64,000 bases of DNA from an uncultured Candidatus Rokubacteria bacterium (GCA_963789955.1 CAWBMV010000030.1:44412-108411), one strand, 5' to 3'; positions 53,084 through 63,245 are shown, counted from the first letter of the stretch. The notes: generated from the letters alone by a model not told the origin. Numbers and translations are program-made.

Positions 53084-53899
53084 ATGTCGGTCGTAGTCCT
53101 CACCAACGATGACGGCGTGCACGCTCCGGGCCTCGCAGCGCTCGAAAAAGCGCTCGCCGAGCTCGGGGACGTGTACGTCGTCGCGCCCGAGCGCGAGCAG
53201 AGCGCCTGCGGCCACGCGCTGACCCTGCACCGGCCGCTGCGACCGCTGAAGCTCGGCGAGCGGCGCTACTCGGTCAACGGCACGCCGTCCGACTGCGTGA
53301 ATCTCTCGGTCCTCGGCTTCTTGCCGGAGACGCCCGTGCTCGTCGTGTCGGGGATCAACCACGGCGCCAATCTGGGTGACGACGTCACGTATTCCGGCAC
53401 CGTGTCGGCCGCGATGGAGGGCACGCTCCTCGGTGTGCCGTCGATCGCCGTGTCGCTCGTGGACGGCGGCGATTTCGAGATCGCCGGCCGCGTCGCACAC
53501 CTGGTGGCGATGCGTGTCCTGGTCGGAGGGATGCCGGGCAACACGCTGATGAACGTCAACGTACCGCCGCAGGTGCCGCGAGGAATCCGGATGACGCGGC
53601 TCGGCCATCGCGTCTACAAGGAGAAGATCGTCGAGCAGGCCGACCCGCGCGGGCGGAGCCACTACTGGATCGGCGGCGGCGAGGCGCGTTGGGACGATCT
53701 GGAAGGCACCGACATGGGCGCGGTGCACGACGGCTACGTCTCGCTGACGCCGCTCCACCTCGATCTGACGAACCATCGCGCGCTCGTGCAGCTGGGCGAC
53801 TGGCAGGGCGGTCTCAACGCCCAGTTCCTGAGCGAGACCGGTCGCGCGTCTCGCCGAGCGCCCGCGGCCGCGCCGAAGAGGAAGCCACGGAGAGGGTAG
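53084..53899 (+). CDS. surE: 5'/3'-nucleotidase SurE
   Basis: LTNDDG, GTPSDCV, SGINHGANLG, YSGTV. Confidence 0.95.
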   Translation: MSVVVLTNDDGVHAPGLAALEKALAELGDVYVVAPEREQSACGHALTLHRPLRPLKLGERRYSVNGTPSDCVNLSVLGFLPETPVLVVSGINHGANLGDDVTYSGTVSAAMEGTLLGVPSIAVSLVDGGDFEIAGRVAHLVAMRVLVGGMPGNTLMNVNVPPQVPRGIRMTRLGHRVYKEKIVEQADPRGRSHYWIGGGEARWDDLEGTDMGAVHDGYVSLTPLHLDLTNHRALVQLGDWQGGLNAQFLSETGRASRRAPAAAPKRKPRRG

Positions 53900-54555
53900 T
53901 GGAGCGGACGCGCGACGCGTACGAGACGGCCCGCGCCCGAATGGTCGAGGAGCAGCTCGTGCAGCGCGGGGTCACCGACGAGCGCGTGCTCGCCGCGATG
54001 CGCCGGGTGCCGCGCCATCTCTTCGTCGAAGTGCCGCTCCGCGATCGCGCGCACGGCGACCATCCGCTGCCGATCGGCGAGGAGCAGACGATCTCCCAGC
54101 CCTACATCGTCGGGCTGATGAGCCAGCTGCTCGAGCTGCGCGGCCAGGAAAAGGTGCTCGAGGTCGGGACCGGCTCGGGCTATCAGACCGCGGTGCTGGC
54201 CGAGCTGGCGCGGCGCGTGTGCTCGATCGAGCGATTGCCGCGTCTGGCCGAGCGCGCGCGGGCGCTCCTCGAGCAGCTCGGCCACGACAACGTCTGGGTG
54301 CGCGTGGGCAGCGGTACGCTCGGCTGGCCCGACGAGGCGCCCTTCGACCGGATCCTGGTCACCGCGGGCGGCCCGTCGGTGCCCCCGCCGCTCTTCCAGC
54401 AGCTCGCCGAGGGCGGGCGCATGGTGGTGCCGGTCGGGGACGTTGCGAATCAGACCCTGACGGTGGTCGAGAAGATCCGCGGCGAGATGAAGACTCGCCT
54501 CTGCGGCGAGTGCAAATTCGTCAAGCTTGTCGGCAAGTACGCCTGGGAGACTTGA
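53899..54555 (+). CDS. pcm: Protein-L-isoaspartate O-methyltransferase
   Basis: VPRHLFV, QTISQPY, LEVGTGSGYQ, APFDRI. Confidence 0.95.
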   Translation: MERTRDAYETARARMVEEQLVQRGVTDERVLAAMRRVPRHLFVEVPLRDRAHGDHPLPIGEEQTISQPYIVGLMSQLLELRGQEKVLEVGTGSGYQTAVLAELARRVCSIERLPRLAERARALLEQLGHDNVWVRVGSGTLGWPDEAPFDRILVTAGGPSVPPPLFQQLAEGGRMVVPVGDVANQTLTVVEKIRGEMKTRLCGECKFVKLVGKYAWET

Positions 54556-54601
54556 CGACCTTGTGCAGACCTGACGACCCTGTACAATAAGCCCGTCGCG
54601 T

Positions 54602-54678
<77 letters not shown>

Positions 54679-54686
54679 TCTCTCTT

Positions 54687-54723
54687 GACCGTCCGGCGGC
54701 CGCGAACCGGCTGCCGGACGGTC
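54687..54723. terminator. 16-bp stem hairpin after tRNA-Pro(CGG) (terminator/processing-like, no clear U-tract)
   Basis: GACCGTCCGGCGGCCG-CGAAC-CGGCTGCCGGACGGTC. Confidence 0.5.
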
Positions 54724-54745
54724 GCTGAAATCCGAGCCACCATTC

Positions 54746-55045
54746 GTGAGCGGATCGAAATCGGCCGCCGAGATCGTCGTCGCCGGGCGGGTCCAGGGCG
54801 TCGGCTATCGCAACTATGCACAACGACGCGCGTCGAATCTCGGGCTGGAAGGCTTCGTGATGAATCTCAAGGACGGCCGGGTGCGCGCGCGCGTCGAGGG
54901 CCCGCGTCCGGTCATCGAGAAGTTCATCCAGGAGCTCGGTAAGGGGCCGCCGCTCTCGCTGGTCGAGCATCTCTCCGTCCGCTGGCTCCCGGCCTCGGGC
55001 CGCTTCGCGGCATTCGGAATCCGCTACGCGGAGTTCGAGCAATGA
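54746..55045 (+). CDS. acyP: Acylphosphatase
   Basis: GRVQGVGYR, GFVMNLKDGRV, GPPLS. Confidence 0.9.
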   Translation: MSGSKSAAEIVVAGRVQGVGYRNYAQRRASNLGLEGFVMNLKDGRVRARVEGPRPVIEKFIQELGKGPPLSLVEHLSVRWLPASGRFAAFGIRYAEFEQ

Positions 55046-55096
55046 CCTCGGGCGTCATGTCCCGCGGCAAGCGCCTCGCGGATCGCCACGCTCGGG

Positions 55097-55856
55097 TTGC
55101 TCGTGGCGCTGGGGCCCGCGCTGGCGTTCACTGAGCCGGTCGCGGGGCCGCGCACGCCGCAGCGGGTGTACGAGGTGAAGCCGGGCGACACGCTGACCTC
55201 GCTCGCGAAGCGCTACGGCGTCAGCGTCGCCACCCTCGTGAAGCTGAACAAGCTGCCCAGCGTCAACGCCCAGTTGAAGGTCGGCCAGCGCCTCGTCATT
55301 CCCGGCTCGGACGCGCCCGCGACGACCGCGCACCGGACCGGCCCGACTCACCCGGTCGGGAGCGCGCCGACACGCACCGTCGCCGCGACGAACTCTCAGG
55401 CGCCCGTCAGGCTTGCGCTGGCGGTGCCCGACTTCGACAGCGATGCGCTGCCGCTCGGCTGGCCCGCCGAAGGCCCGGTGGTCTCGGCCTTTGGCCATCG
55501 CCGGAGCGGCTGGCACGGCGGGATCGACATCAAGGCGCCGCTCGGGACACCCGTGCAGGCCGCCGCCGCCGGTGTCGTCGTCACGTCCGGGGTCGAGACG
55601 CGGTACGGTCTCGTGGTGAAGATCGAGCACAAGGCAGGCTTCATGACCGTCTATGCCCACAACGACGTGAACCTGGTCGAGGTCGGCGACCGGGTGGACG
55701 CGGGCGATCTGATCGCGCTCGTCGGCAACACCGGCCGCGCGACGACCTACCACGTACACTTCGAGGTTCGCCGCGACGGGCTTGCGTACAATCCGCTCTA
55801 CCTGCTGCCGATGCCGCCACGGATCGCGCAGATCGACGAGACCACGCAGAGGCCGC

Positions 55857-55864
<8 letters not shown>
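55097..55864 (+). CDS. LysM + M23 peptidase (NlpD-like); true start possibly 55042/55057 via a +1 error near 55080
   Basis: YEVKPGDTL LysM; HGGID, YAHN, HVHFE M23 motifs; upstream of rpoS. Confidence 0.85.
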
Positions 55865-56775
<911 letters not shown>

Positions 56776-56794
56776 CCACGACGGAGGATTCGCG

Positions 56795-57955
56795 ATGAAG
56801 AACGGCTTCCGGGTGCTCGACAGCGATCTTCATACGATGGAGCCGGACGGCCTCTGGGAGACGTATCTCGAGGAGCCGTTCCGGAAGTTCGCGCCCTCCT
56901 TCGTGCGCCGGACGGAGAACGCGTCGAATCAGCCCGTGATCCGGATCGGCGCGCTCGAGATCGGCGAGATGTCGATGCGGCCGCAGAGCGCCCTGGTCGG
57001 CAAGGACCTCCAGCGCCGCGCCTTTGCCCGACACCCGCACTACGAGATCGCCCACGCGCGCGGCTACGACTCCGAGTCGCACGTGGCCGCGATGGATATC
57101 GAGGGCATCGACGTCGCGGTCATCTACGGCACGCGCGGCCGCCAGGTGCAGATGCACGACGAGCTCGATCCCGAGGTGGCCGCGGCGCTGGCCCGGGCCC
57201 ACAACAACTGGACGCGCGACTTCTGCGCCTACAAGCCCGACCGGCTGAAGTTCGCCGCGCAGATTTCCTTCCACGATGTCGACCTGGCCATCCGCGAAGC
57301 CCGGCGGGCGGTGCGCGAGCTGGGTGCGGTCGCCGTGATCGGGAACCCGAATCCGGTCCGCGGACGCCACATTCACGATCCGGAATTCGAGCCGCTCTGG
57401 ACGGCGATCGAGGAGCTCGAGGTGCCCGTCGGCTTCCACCCGACCGGGCAGGCCTCGCTCCGTGACGACATCGCGCGGCGCTATCTCGATCATCCGAACG
57501 GGCGCGTCATCGGCGCGGCCGCGCGCAACCCGATGGAGCTGATGCTCGCCTTCGCCAGCTTCGCGGCCGGCGGGGTGCTCGAGCGGCACCCTCGGCTGCG
57601 CTGCGCCTTCCTCGAGGGCACCTGCGGCTGGCTTCCCTGGTGGCTCTGGCGTCTGGACGAGGCCTGGGAGAAGTTCGGGCCGGGCTCGGAGGTGCAGATC
57701 TCGCAGCTCCCGAGCCAGTACTTCTTCCGGCAGTGCTACGTGGCGACCGACGCCGACGAGAAGGTGCTCCGGCAGGTGGTCGAGGCGGTCGGCGACGACA
57801 ACATCGTCGTCTCGACCGACTACCCGCACTCGGACGGGCTCTTCCCCCACGCGATCGAGGAGTTCGTGGCGCTGGACGGCGTGAGCGACAAGACCAAGGC
57901 CAAGATCCTCTGGGACAACTGTGCGCGACTCTACAAGCTGAACGGCGCCCGCTGA
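56795..57955 (+). CDS. Amidohydrolase_2-family protein
   Basis: [47 protein letters not shown]. Confidence 0.85.
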   Translation: MKNGFRVLDSDLHTMEPDGLWETYLEEPFRKFAPSFVRRTENASNQPVIRIGALEIGEMSMRPQSALVGKDLQRRAFARHPHYEIAHARGYDSESHVAAMDIEGIDVAVIYGTRGRQVQMHDELDPEVAAALARAHNNWTRDFCAYKPDRLKFAAQISFHDVDLAIREARRAVRELGAVAVIGNPNPVRGRHIHDPEFEPLWTAIEELEVPVGFHPTGQASLRDDIARRYLDHPNGRVIGAAARNPMELMLAFASFAAGGVLERHPRLRCAFLEGTCGWLPWWLWRLDEAWEKFGPGSEVQISQLPSQYFFRQCYVATDADEKVLRQVVEAVGDDNIVVSTDYPHSDGLFPHAIEEFVALDGVSDKTKAKILWDNCARLYKLNGAR

Positions 57956-58215
57956 GGCTCGGGTTCGGGCAGGGTCACGATCGCGAACGAGGTGAGCCGG
58001 AGCTCCTTGTCCACGTGAGGCCGTGTCCGGCGATCGGCCCGCCGCCGGTCCGCGGTGATGTCGGCCGCCCGCTGCCGTCGCTCCCCGTAACGCCGATCGA
58101 CGACCACCCGAACCGTTGTATCGCCGGTGAAGTGGTGCTGAAGCTCGCTCGCCAGCTTCGTGTTGCCCCGGGAGACGATGAACAGGAAGCGATCGGGCGG
58201 GCTCGTCAATGCCAT
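57931..58215 (-). CDS. Small hypothetical protein (DRR-repeat family)
   Basis: MALTSPPDRFLFIVSR...VVVDRRYGERRQ...DRRRADRR; coherent short ORF. Confidence 0.6.
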   Translation of the reverse strand: MALTSPPDRFLFIVSRGNTKLASELQHHFTGDTTVRVVVDRRYGERRQRAADITADRRRADRRTRPHVDKELRLTSFAIVTLPEPEPQRAPFSL

Positions 58216-58332
58216 GGGAGCGCCCCCACCGATCTCGTCGCGCGGCGCATCGGCGAACAATATCGCACAGGCCGGACCCGACCACGCACTTATAGCGAGA
58301 TCGACCTCGCGTGATAGGCTCGATGTAGACGC

Positions 58333-59022
58333 ATGGCATCGCGGAAGCGGCAATCGCGAACGCGTACGAAGAGCCGAGAGCGTGCCCGTCGCACCGCCTC
58401 GCAGTGGCTGATCCGGCTCAAGGGCGGCGAGGGGAAAGCCGCCCTTCATCTCCCGCCGGACTTCGTCCTCTGGGTCTTCGCCGGTCTCCTCGCGCACCTC
58501 GATCGTCAGGGCGATGCGCACGTCGCCGACCTCGCCGAGGGCGCGCTCATTCACGGCGGCGGCCTCTCCGTACACGACGGCACGCGCTGGCAGAGCGCCG
58601 GGCCCGCCCACGACGCGGCGCTTCGCGCGATCGCCCAGGCCTTTGCGGATCTGGATCTGACTCGCGGGCGCCGGCAAGACCGCGGCGCGTGGGAGATGCT
58701 CGACAAGGTCGAGGTGGCCTACACGAGCTTCTGCGTCGGCCTCAGACCCGACGGGACGGAATCCGACCGCGACTATCTCGACGAAGAGCAGCGGCGCCTC
58801 GGCCAGGAAAATCTCAGCGACTCGTCGACCCGCAAGAAGCTCAGGACGAACATCCGTCGACGGCTGCTCCGCGCGGCGCTCGACGATGTCGCCCGCCGGC
58901 AGCTTTCGGCCCGCGCGACGAAGCGCCAGATCCGCGCGCGTGGTGACGAGATCCAGCGGCAGCTGCAGCGCGCCGGCCTCTTGAAGCTGGTCGGCGGCTC
59001 CGTCCCGTTCGTCAGCGCCTGA
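58333..59022 (+). CDS. Hypothetical Arg-rich protein
   Basis: 229-aa ORF with host-like codon usage; TGATAGGCT -10-like box upstream. Confidence 0.6.
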   Translation: MASRKRQSRTRTKSRERARRTASQWLIRLKGGEGKAALHLPPDFVLWVFAGLLAHLDRQGDAHVADLAEGALIHGGGLSVHDGTRWQSAGPAHDAALRAIAQAFADLDLTRGRRQDRGAWEMLDKVEVAYTSFCVGLRPDGTESDRDYLDEEQRRLGQENLSDSSTRKKLRTNIRRRLLRAALDDVARRQLSARATKRQIRARGDEIQRQLQRAGLLKLVGGSVPFVSA

Positions 59023-59138
59023 GAAGCGCGCGCGGTATTCTCAGTCTCTATTTTGTGGAAGCAGTCTGGAGCACGTAGTGCGGCCAGCGAGATGCCTGCC
59101 GCCGCGATTGCCTGGCGCTTTCGCTCGAGGAGGATCTC

Positions 59139-59357
59139 ATGGCCATCACGTACAGAGTGGACAGCTCGACCGGTGAGGGAACGTTCATCCGCGTCCTTCG
59201 CGACGGGCAACCATTCGGGAAGATTATCGACGCCGTCGGCGTCTACCGGTTCTACGAGGCCGACAACGAAAAGCTCGGCAGCGCGGCGCTCCAAGACGCG
59301 AATCTCGATCGGCTGAAGACCGCGATCCAATCGAAGTACGAAGGGCGGGTCCGGTGA
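59139..59357 (+). CDS. Small hypothetical protein
   Basis: 72 aa with a strong GAGGAGG RBS. Confidence 0.65.
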   Translation: MAITYRVDSSTGEGTFIRVLRDGQPFGKIIDAVGVYRFYEADNEKLGSAALQDANLDRLKTAIQSKYEGRVR

Positions 59358-59375
59358 TTTCCATTCCCGACGCTA

Positions 59376-59404
59376 TTCACAATAGCGCCGGACCCACGTA
59401 GACT
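59376..59404 (+). promoter_or_regulatory. sigma70-type promoter of tRNA-Arg
   Basis: TTCACA-N17-TAGACT. Confidence 0.55.
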
Positions 59405-59435
59405 GGTGACGCGCAGGCGTTTGGCATGACTGGTT

Positions 59436-59512
59436 GCCCCCGTAGCTCAGGTGGATAGAGCAGCAGTTTCCTAAACTGCGTGCCGGGTGTTCGAGTCACC
59501 CCGGGGGCACCA
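59436..59512 (+). tRNA. tRNA-Arg(CCT)
   Basis: GCCCCCG acceptor stem, anticodon arm GCAGT-TTCCTAA-ACTGC, T-arm GGGTG-TTCGAGT-CACCC, CCA. Confidence 0.96.
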
Positions 59513-61112
59513 CACCCACTACACACGGCAAGCCCTCGAAAAGTTGGCCATACGTGGCCTGGCCCTCGACCTGGTACCAGCGCCCCGCGTCGGTGACGTG
59601 CGGCGTGAGCTTCAGGCGCCCCACCAGGAGTCGGCGGAGGATCTGGCGCGCGACCTCGGGCTCACGCCCGATCAGCTCCTGCCATTCGACGAGCCGCCGA
59701 CGGATCTCGTCTCGCAGTGAGTCGTCCCACGCCGGCGCCTTCGCTAGCCCCTCGAGATGCTCGAGCTGGGCGAGCACGTCCGCCCGCCGCTGCTCCGTGT
59801 GCTTGATCTCCGCCACGAGGGAGACGAGCGGACCGCCGAGCCGGATGGCCTCCGTGAACCGCGCGAGCTCGTCCTGGAGCCGCGTGGCTTCCGCCGTGAG
59901 CCGGTCTCGACGTTCGGCGTAGACGTCGGCCTCGCTGGCGTAGAGCTCGATCGCGCGGGTGATCACGTCCTCGACGATCTCGGGCGTCAGGACGTACTTC
60001 CGGATCGTCTCGACGACGACGCGATCGAGTTCCGAGACGGTCAGCGAGAGGCGGTTCCCACAGGCGCCGTTCACCCGGGCGTTGTTGCAGGTGAAGTAGA
60101 TCTTCGGACGTCCCCGCCGGCCGGTGCGGCGAATCGCGTGCATCGCGCCGCCACACGTGCCGCAGACCACAAACCCGCTGAGGAGGTGACGGGCTTCGAT
60201 GCCAGCCTCGGGGCGGCCCCACAACGCCCCACCGGTGCGACGGAGGTAGGTCTGCCGCGTGCGATCTAGGCGAGTGTGCGCCGCCTTCCAGAGGTCCTCG
60301 TCGACGATGCGGAGCCGGGGATCCTCGCGGATGATCCAGGCGCTCTCGGGCGCGGCGATCTTGAACTTGCGCCCCTTGCGGTAGTCCCACGTCGTCTTGC
60401 CGTAGACGACGCGCCCCTGGTAGAGGTCGCGGAACACCATCTCGCGCACCCCCGACATGGCCCAGCAGCGCCCACGCGGGCAGGGGACGGCGTCGGCGTT
60501 CAACCCCTTCGCGATCAGCGCGAAGCCGCGCCCCTGCGCGATCTCCGCGAAGATGCGGCAGATGATCGCGGCCTCGGCGGGGATGATCTCGCGCTCGACA
60601 TGGTCGCCCGTGCGGACGTTCTTGTAGCCGTAGCAGAGGCCGCCGGCCACGTGCCCGCGCTGCGCCTTGCTCCTCAGCGCTTCGCGAGTCCGCGACTGGG
60701 CGGCCTCGCGCTCGGCGGCCGCGAAGGTCGCCTTCATGGAGAGCATCCCGCGCGTCAACGCCGTGCGCGTATCGACGCGGCTCCGGTCGGCGTAGTACCA
60801 GATCTCCACGCCGCAGTCCTCGAGGGCGTAGATGAATCCGGGGCCCTCGCGGTCGTCACGCGAGAGGCGGTCGTAGTCGCGGACGATGACGGCCGAGAAC
60901 TTGCCCTCGGACGCCGCCGCCAGCAGGCGCGCGCGGTTCACTAGCTTGGAGGCGACCGCGCCTGAGATCCCGTCGTCGACGTACTCCTCGGCGACGGTCC
61001 AGCCGCGCTCGTCGGCGAAGGCTCGCGCGAGGGCGAGCTGGCGGGTGACGCTCTTGGCGTCGTCGCTCACGTCCTGCTCGGTGGATTTTCTCGCGTAAAC
61101 CGCGCAGATCAT
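59496..61112 (-). CDS. Large serine recombinase (integrase)
   Basis: VYARKST catalytic Ser, DRLSR, recombinase domain (YGY), Zn ribbon LLSGFVVCGTCG...C...C, coiled coil; AAAGGAGA RBS. Confidence 0.93.
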   Translation of the reverse strand: MICAVYARKSTEQDVSDDAKSVTRQLALARAFADERGWTVAEEYVDDGISGAVASKLVNRARLLAAASEGKFSAVIVRDYDRLSRDDREGPGFIYALEDCGVEIWYYADRSRVDTRTALTRGMLSMKATFAAAEREAAQSRTREALRSKAQRGHVAGGLCYGYKNVRTGDHVEREIIPAEAAIICRIFAEIAQGRGFALIAKGLNADAVPCPRGRCWAMSGVREMVFRDLYQGRVVYGKTTWDYRKGRKFKIAAPESAWIIREDPRLRIVDEDLWKAAHTRLDRTRQTYLRRTGGALWGRPEAGIEARHLLSGFVVCGTCGGAMHAIRRTGRRGRPKIYFTCNNARVNGACGNRLSLTVSELDRVVVETIRKYVLTPEIVEDVITRAIELYASEADVYAERRDRLTAEATRLQDELARFTEAIRLGGPLVSLVAEIKHTEQRRADVLAQLEHLEGLAKAPAWDDSLRDEIRRRLVEWQELIGREPEVARQILRRLLVGRLKLTPHVTDAGRWYQVEGQATYGQLFEGLPCVVGVVPPG

Positions 61113-61132
61113 TCCGCGTCTCCTTTCTACTT

Positions 61133-61627
61133 CTAGGGTCGGTCGCTCAGGTCGAGGTTGAGACCGGCGGCCACTTTGGACATATGACGAATGGCCTCCC
61201 AGACGACAGCGTGCGACTCGGATGCCTCAACGTCGTTAACCGATTGACCCTTGTGGGCTACGGCATGGCGGCGAGTCACATGGTCTTTCAGTCGCGACCA
61301 GAACGGTGCCTGGGCGATTGTGGTGTCTCCCGTCACGGCCTCGTACAACTCTCTGATCTCCCGAGTTGTGAGGATGTACGGTCGCCGAAGTGAGCCGATC
61401 CAGTCGCTGAGAGAACCGACGTTACGCTGATCGAGCGCACGGGCGATGATGCGCTGCGTGCATACTTCGAGGGCGGTCTCAGTAACGAGTACCGCCGCGC
61501 CGTAGTGGCGGCCTTTCAGAAGTCCATTCGCCGAATGCATCAAGGCCTCAAACAGCGGGCTGATTTTGACTATTGGGGCATCGGACGCGAATACCGCGTC
61601 CCCTGTGTTGGGCCGCAGAGCCATCAC
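61133..61627 (-). CDS. HEPN-like domain protein
   Basis: Helical protein with YGAAVLVTETALE helix and RHAVAH (R-x4-H) motif; GAGGGGGG RBS. Confidence 0.65.
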   Translation of the reverse strand: MMALRPNTGDAVFASDAPIVKISPLFEALMHSANGLLKGRHYGAAVLVTETALEVCTQRIIARALDQRNVGSLSDWIGSLRRPYILTTREIRELYEAVTGDTTIAQAPFWSRLKDHVTRRHAVAHKGQSVNDVEASESHAVVWEAIRHMSKVAAGLNLDLSDRP

Positions 61628-61664
61628 GCGCCCCCCTCGAGGTATCGGGCGTAGACCACGGCTA

Positions 61665-61970
61665 TCATCGGGAATCCCCCTGGTGGCGGTCGGGTTTGCG
61701 AATGGCGAGCAGCAGGATCCCGAAGGCGGTCACGCCGGCACCGGTGATGACACCAGGCCAATGGGTGAGGCCCTGCCGCTCATCATGGAGAATTGCGGCT
61801 CGCCGAGCTTCGATCGAATAGGGTATGAACACGGCTGGCCCCAGCGCGCTGCTCTCGCGCTGGATCGCGCCGTCACGGTAGGGCACGTAGGCGACCGCGC
61901 CGACAGCGATCACGATGCCAGCGAGGACACACGCCCACGCGAACATGCGAATAGGATCCCGGCGCTTCAC
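61665..61970 (-). CDS. Small two-TM hypothetical protein
   Basis: Hydrophobic segments FAWACVLAGIVIAVGAVAYV and GVITGAGVTAFGILLLAI; start uncertain (61970/61946). Confidence 0.5.
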   Translation of the reverse strand: MKRRDPIRMFAWACVLAGIVIAVGAVAYVPYRDGAIQRESSALGPAVFIPYSIEARRAAILHDERQGLTHWPGVITGAGVTAFGILLLAIRKPDRHQGDSR

Positions 61971-62066
61971 GTTCCGAGCCCCTCGAGCAGCACGCGCAGC
62001 CAGGCCTCGGCCCATGTCATGCCGGGCGGGCGTACTTCACACGGAAGGGCTTCGTTGTAGTGGCCA

Positions 62067-62765
62067 TTATTTGCCTCGTTTGGAAACAGCAGTGGGAAAC
62101 CCGAGAAGGAGAAAGCGACTGGTCGCGTATGTGGAGATGGCGACTCCCAGCCCAATCAGTATCAAGTAAGGTTTGAGAGGAGGGCCTGTAGGCACGAAGC
62201 GCCATGCCATCGCCAATACGACAAGCCAAGATATGGCAACCTGAATTTTGCCACGCAACTTCGGCCTTACCCTTAGGTTCCCGATGCGCAGACTTTTGAA
62301 GTTGTCAATCGTTTGTGCTGTAAGAGCCCCGACCATTAGTGGCAATAAGAAGACCGTCGGCAGGTAGAGGGCGATTATGTCGGCGATCTGTGTTTCTAAC
62401 GACGTCTGGACGATATACAGCACTACTCCTGCCGTGCCAATTAAGTGCGCCAACGCAAAATCAATCCGCGACGGTCGACGAGCTCGGCGACCTTCATCCG
62501 CCTGGTACCACTCAACCGTAAATCGGGACCCGAAGTAGATGACCAGCGCAATCAGGACATAGGGGACCGCTTGCGGGCTCTTGAACGTGACTTTAAGACT
62601 TTCAATCGGCTTGTCATCTACATCGATTCCGATGAGTGCCCATGCGAGAAGTAGAGCGCTGCTCAGGCTATACGCCTTTCGCGCTTTGTCATAGGACGCG
62701 CTGAATTCAGGGGGCGACTTCTGCCCGGCCTCCGCCAGCCTAAACTCTTCTTCCTCAGCCATCAC
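62067..62765 (-). CDS. Multi-pass membrane hypothetical protein, AT-richer than host
   Basis: 232 aa, about six hydrophobic segments; AGGAGG RBS; GTGA overlap with the upstream gene. Confidence 0.7.
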   Translation of the reverse strand: MMAEEEEFRLAEAGQKSPPEFSASYDKARKAYSLSSALLLAWALIGIDVDDKPIESLKVTFKSPQAVPYVLIALVIYFGSRFTVEWYQADEGRRARRPSRIDFALAHLIGTAGVVLYIVQTSLETQIADIIALYLPTVFLLPLMVGALTAQTIDNFKSLRIGNLRVRPKLRGKIQVAISWLVVLAMAWRFVPTGPPLKPYLILIGLGVAISTYATSRFLLLGFPTAVSKRGK

Positions 62766-63017
62766 GCGCCTCCTGTTCGTTTCACCGCGACGCGCTCATG
62801 CGCGCCCCAAATGCGCATCATCGTGACGTCGGACGCGACTCTCTTGACGCGGACGTTCGCGGTTTTCCCGCCCCGCGGTCGTGTACGGCCGCGCGACGAC
62901 TTCATATGTGCCGGTTTCGTCCGTGAGTCGGTCGCCGATCCGAAGCTGCATCGGAAGCACCTTGGTCGGGGCCGGTCCTTCCGGCTCACGCTTCTTCTCG
63001 GGCTTCGGTTTAGCCAT
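62762..63017 (-). CDS. Small beta-rich hypothetical protein (apparent +1 frameshift ~62870)
   Basis: MAKPKPEKK...LRIGDRLTDETGTYEVVARPYTTAG joins GKTANVRVKRV...WGAHERVAVKR in the next frame. Confidence 0.6.
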
Positions 63018-63026
63018 CGGCTCGCC

Positions 63027-63245
63027 TCAGCGGCCCCGAATCCGCAGGATCACGACTCCGATTGCAAGAAGGCCAGCCGCTATGATGGCGAACGGAATGA
63101 AGCCCGGAAACTCTTCCCGGAAGAATGCCTCCACGTTGCTCTCCCGACGGCGACGCCTTCGTCTGGGTCTCACAAAGTGACCAGCGAGCAGACCAGCCAG
63201 CAGCGAGATACCTGCGCCAAAGATGCAGAGCCAGCCGATCTTCAC
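63027..63245 (-). CDS. Small two-TM hypothetical protein
   Basis: 72 aa with two hydrophobic segments flanking an Arg run. Confidence 0.45.
   Translation of the reverse strand: MKIGWLCIFGAGISLLAGLLAGHFVRPRRRRRRRESNVEAFFREEFPGFIPFAIIAAGLLAIGVVILRIRGR

Noticed and set aside
59422..59437. sigma54-like TGGCA...TTGC before tRNA-Arg
   Set aside because: GG-to-GC spacing is 11 nt rather than 10, and the -12 element would overlap the tRNA start.
59487..59720. 77-aa + strand ORF starting inside tRNA-Arg
   Set aside because: Starts within the tRNA and is antisense to the integrase; no RBS or motif.
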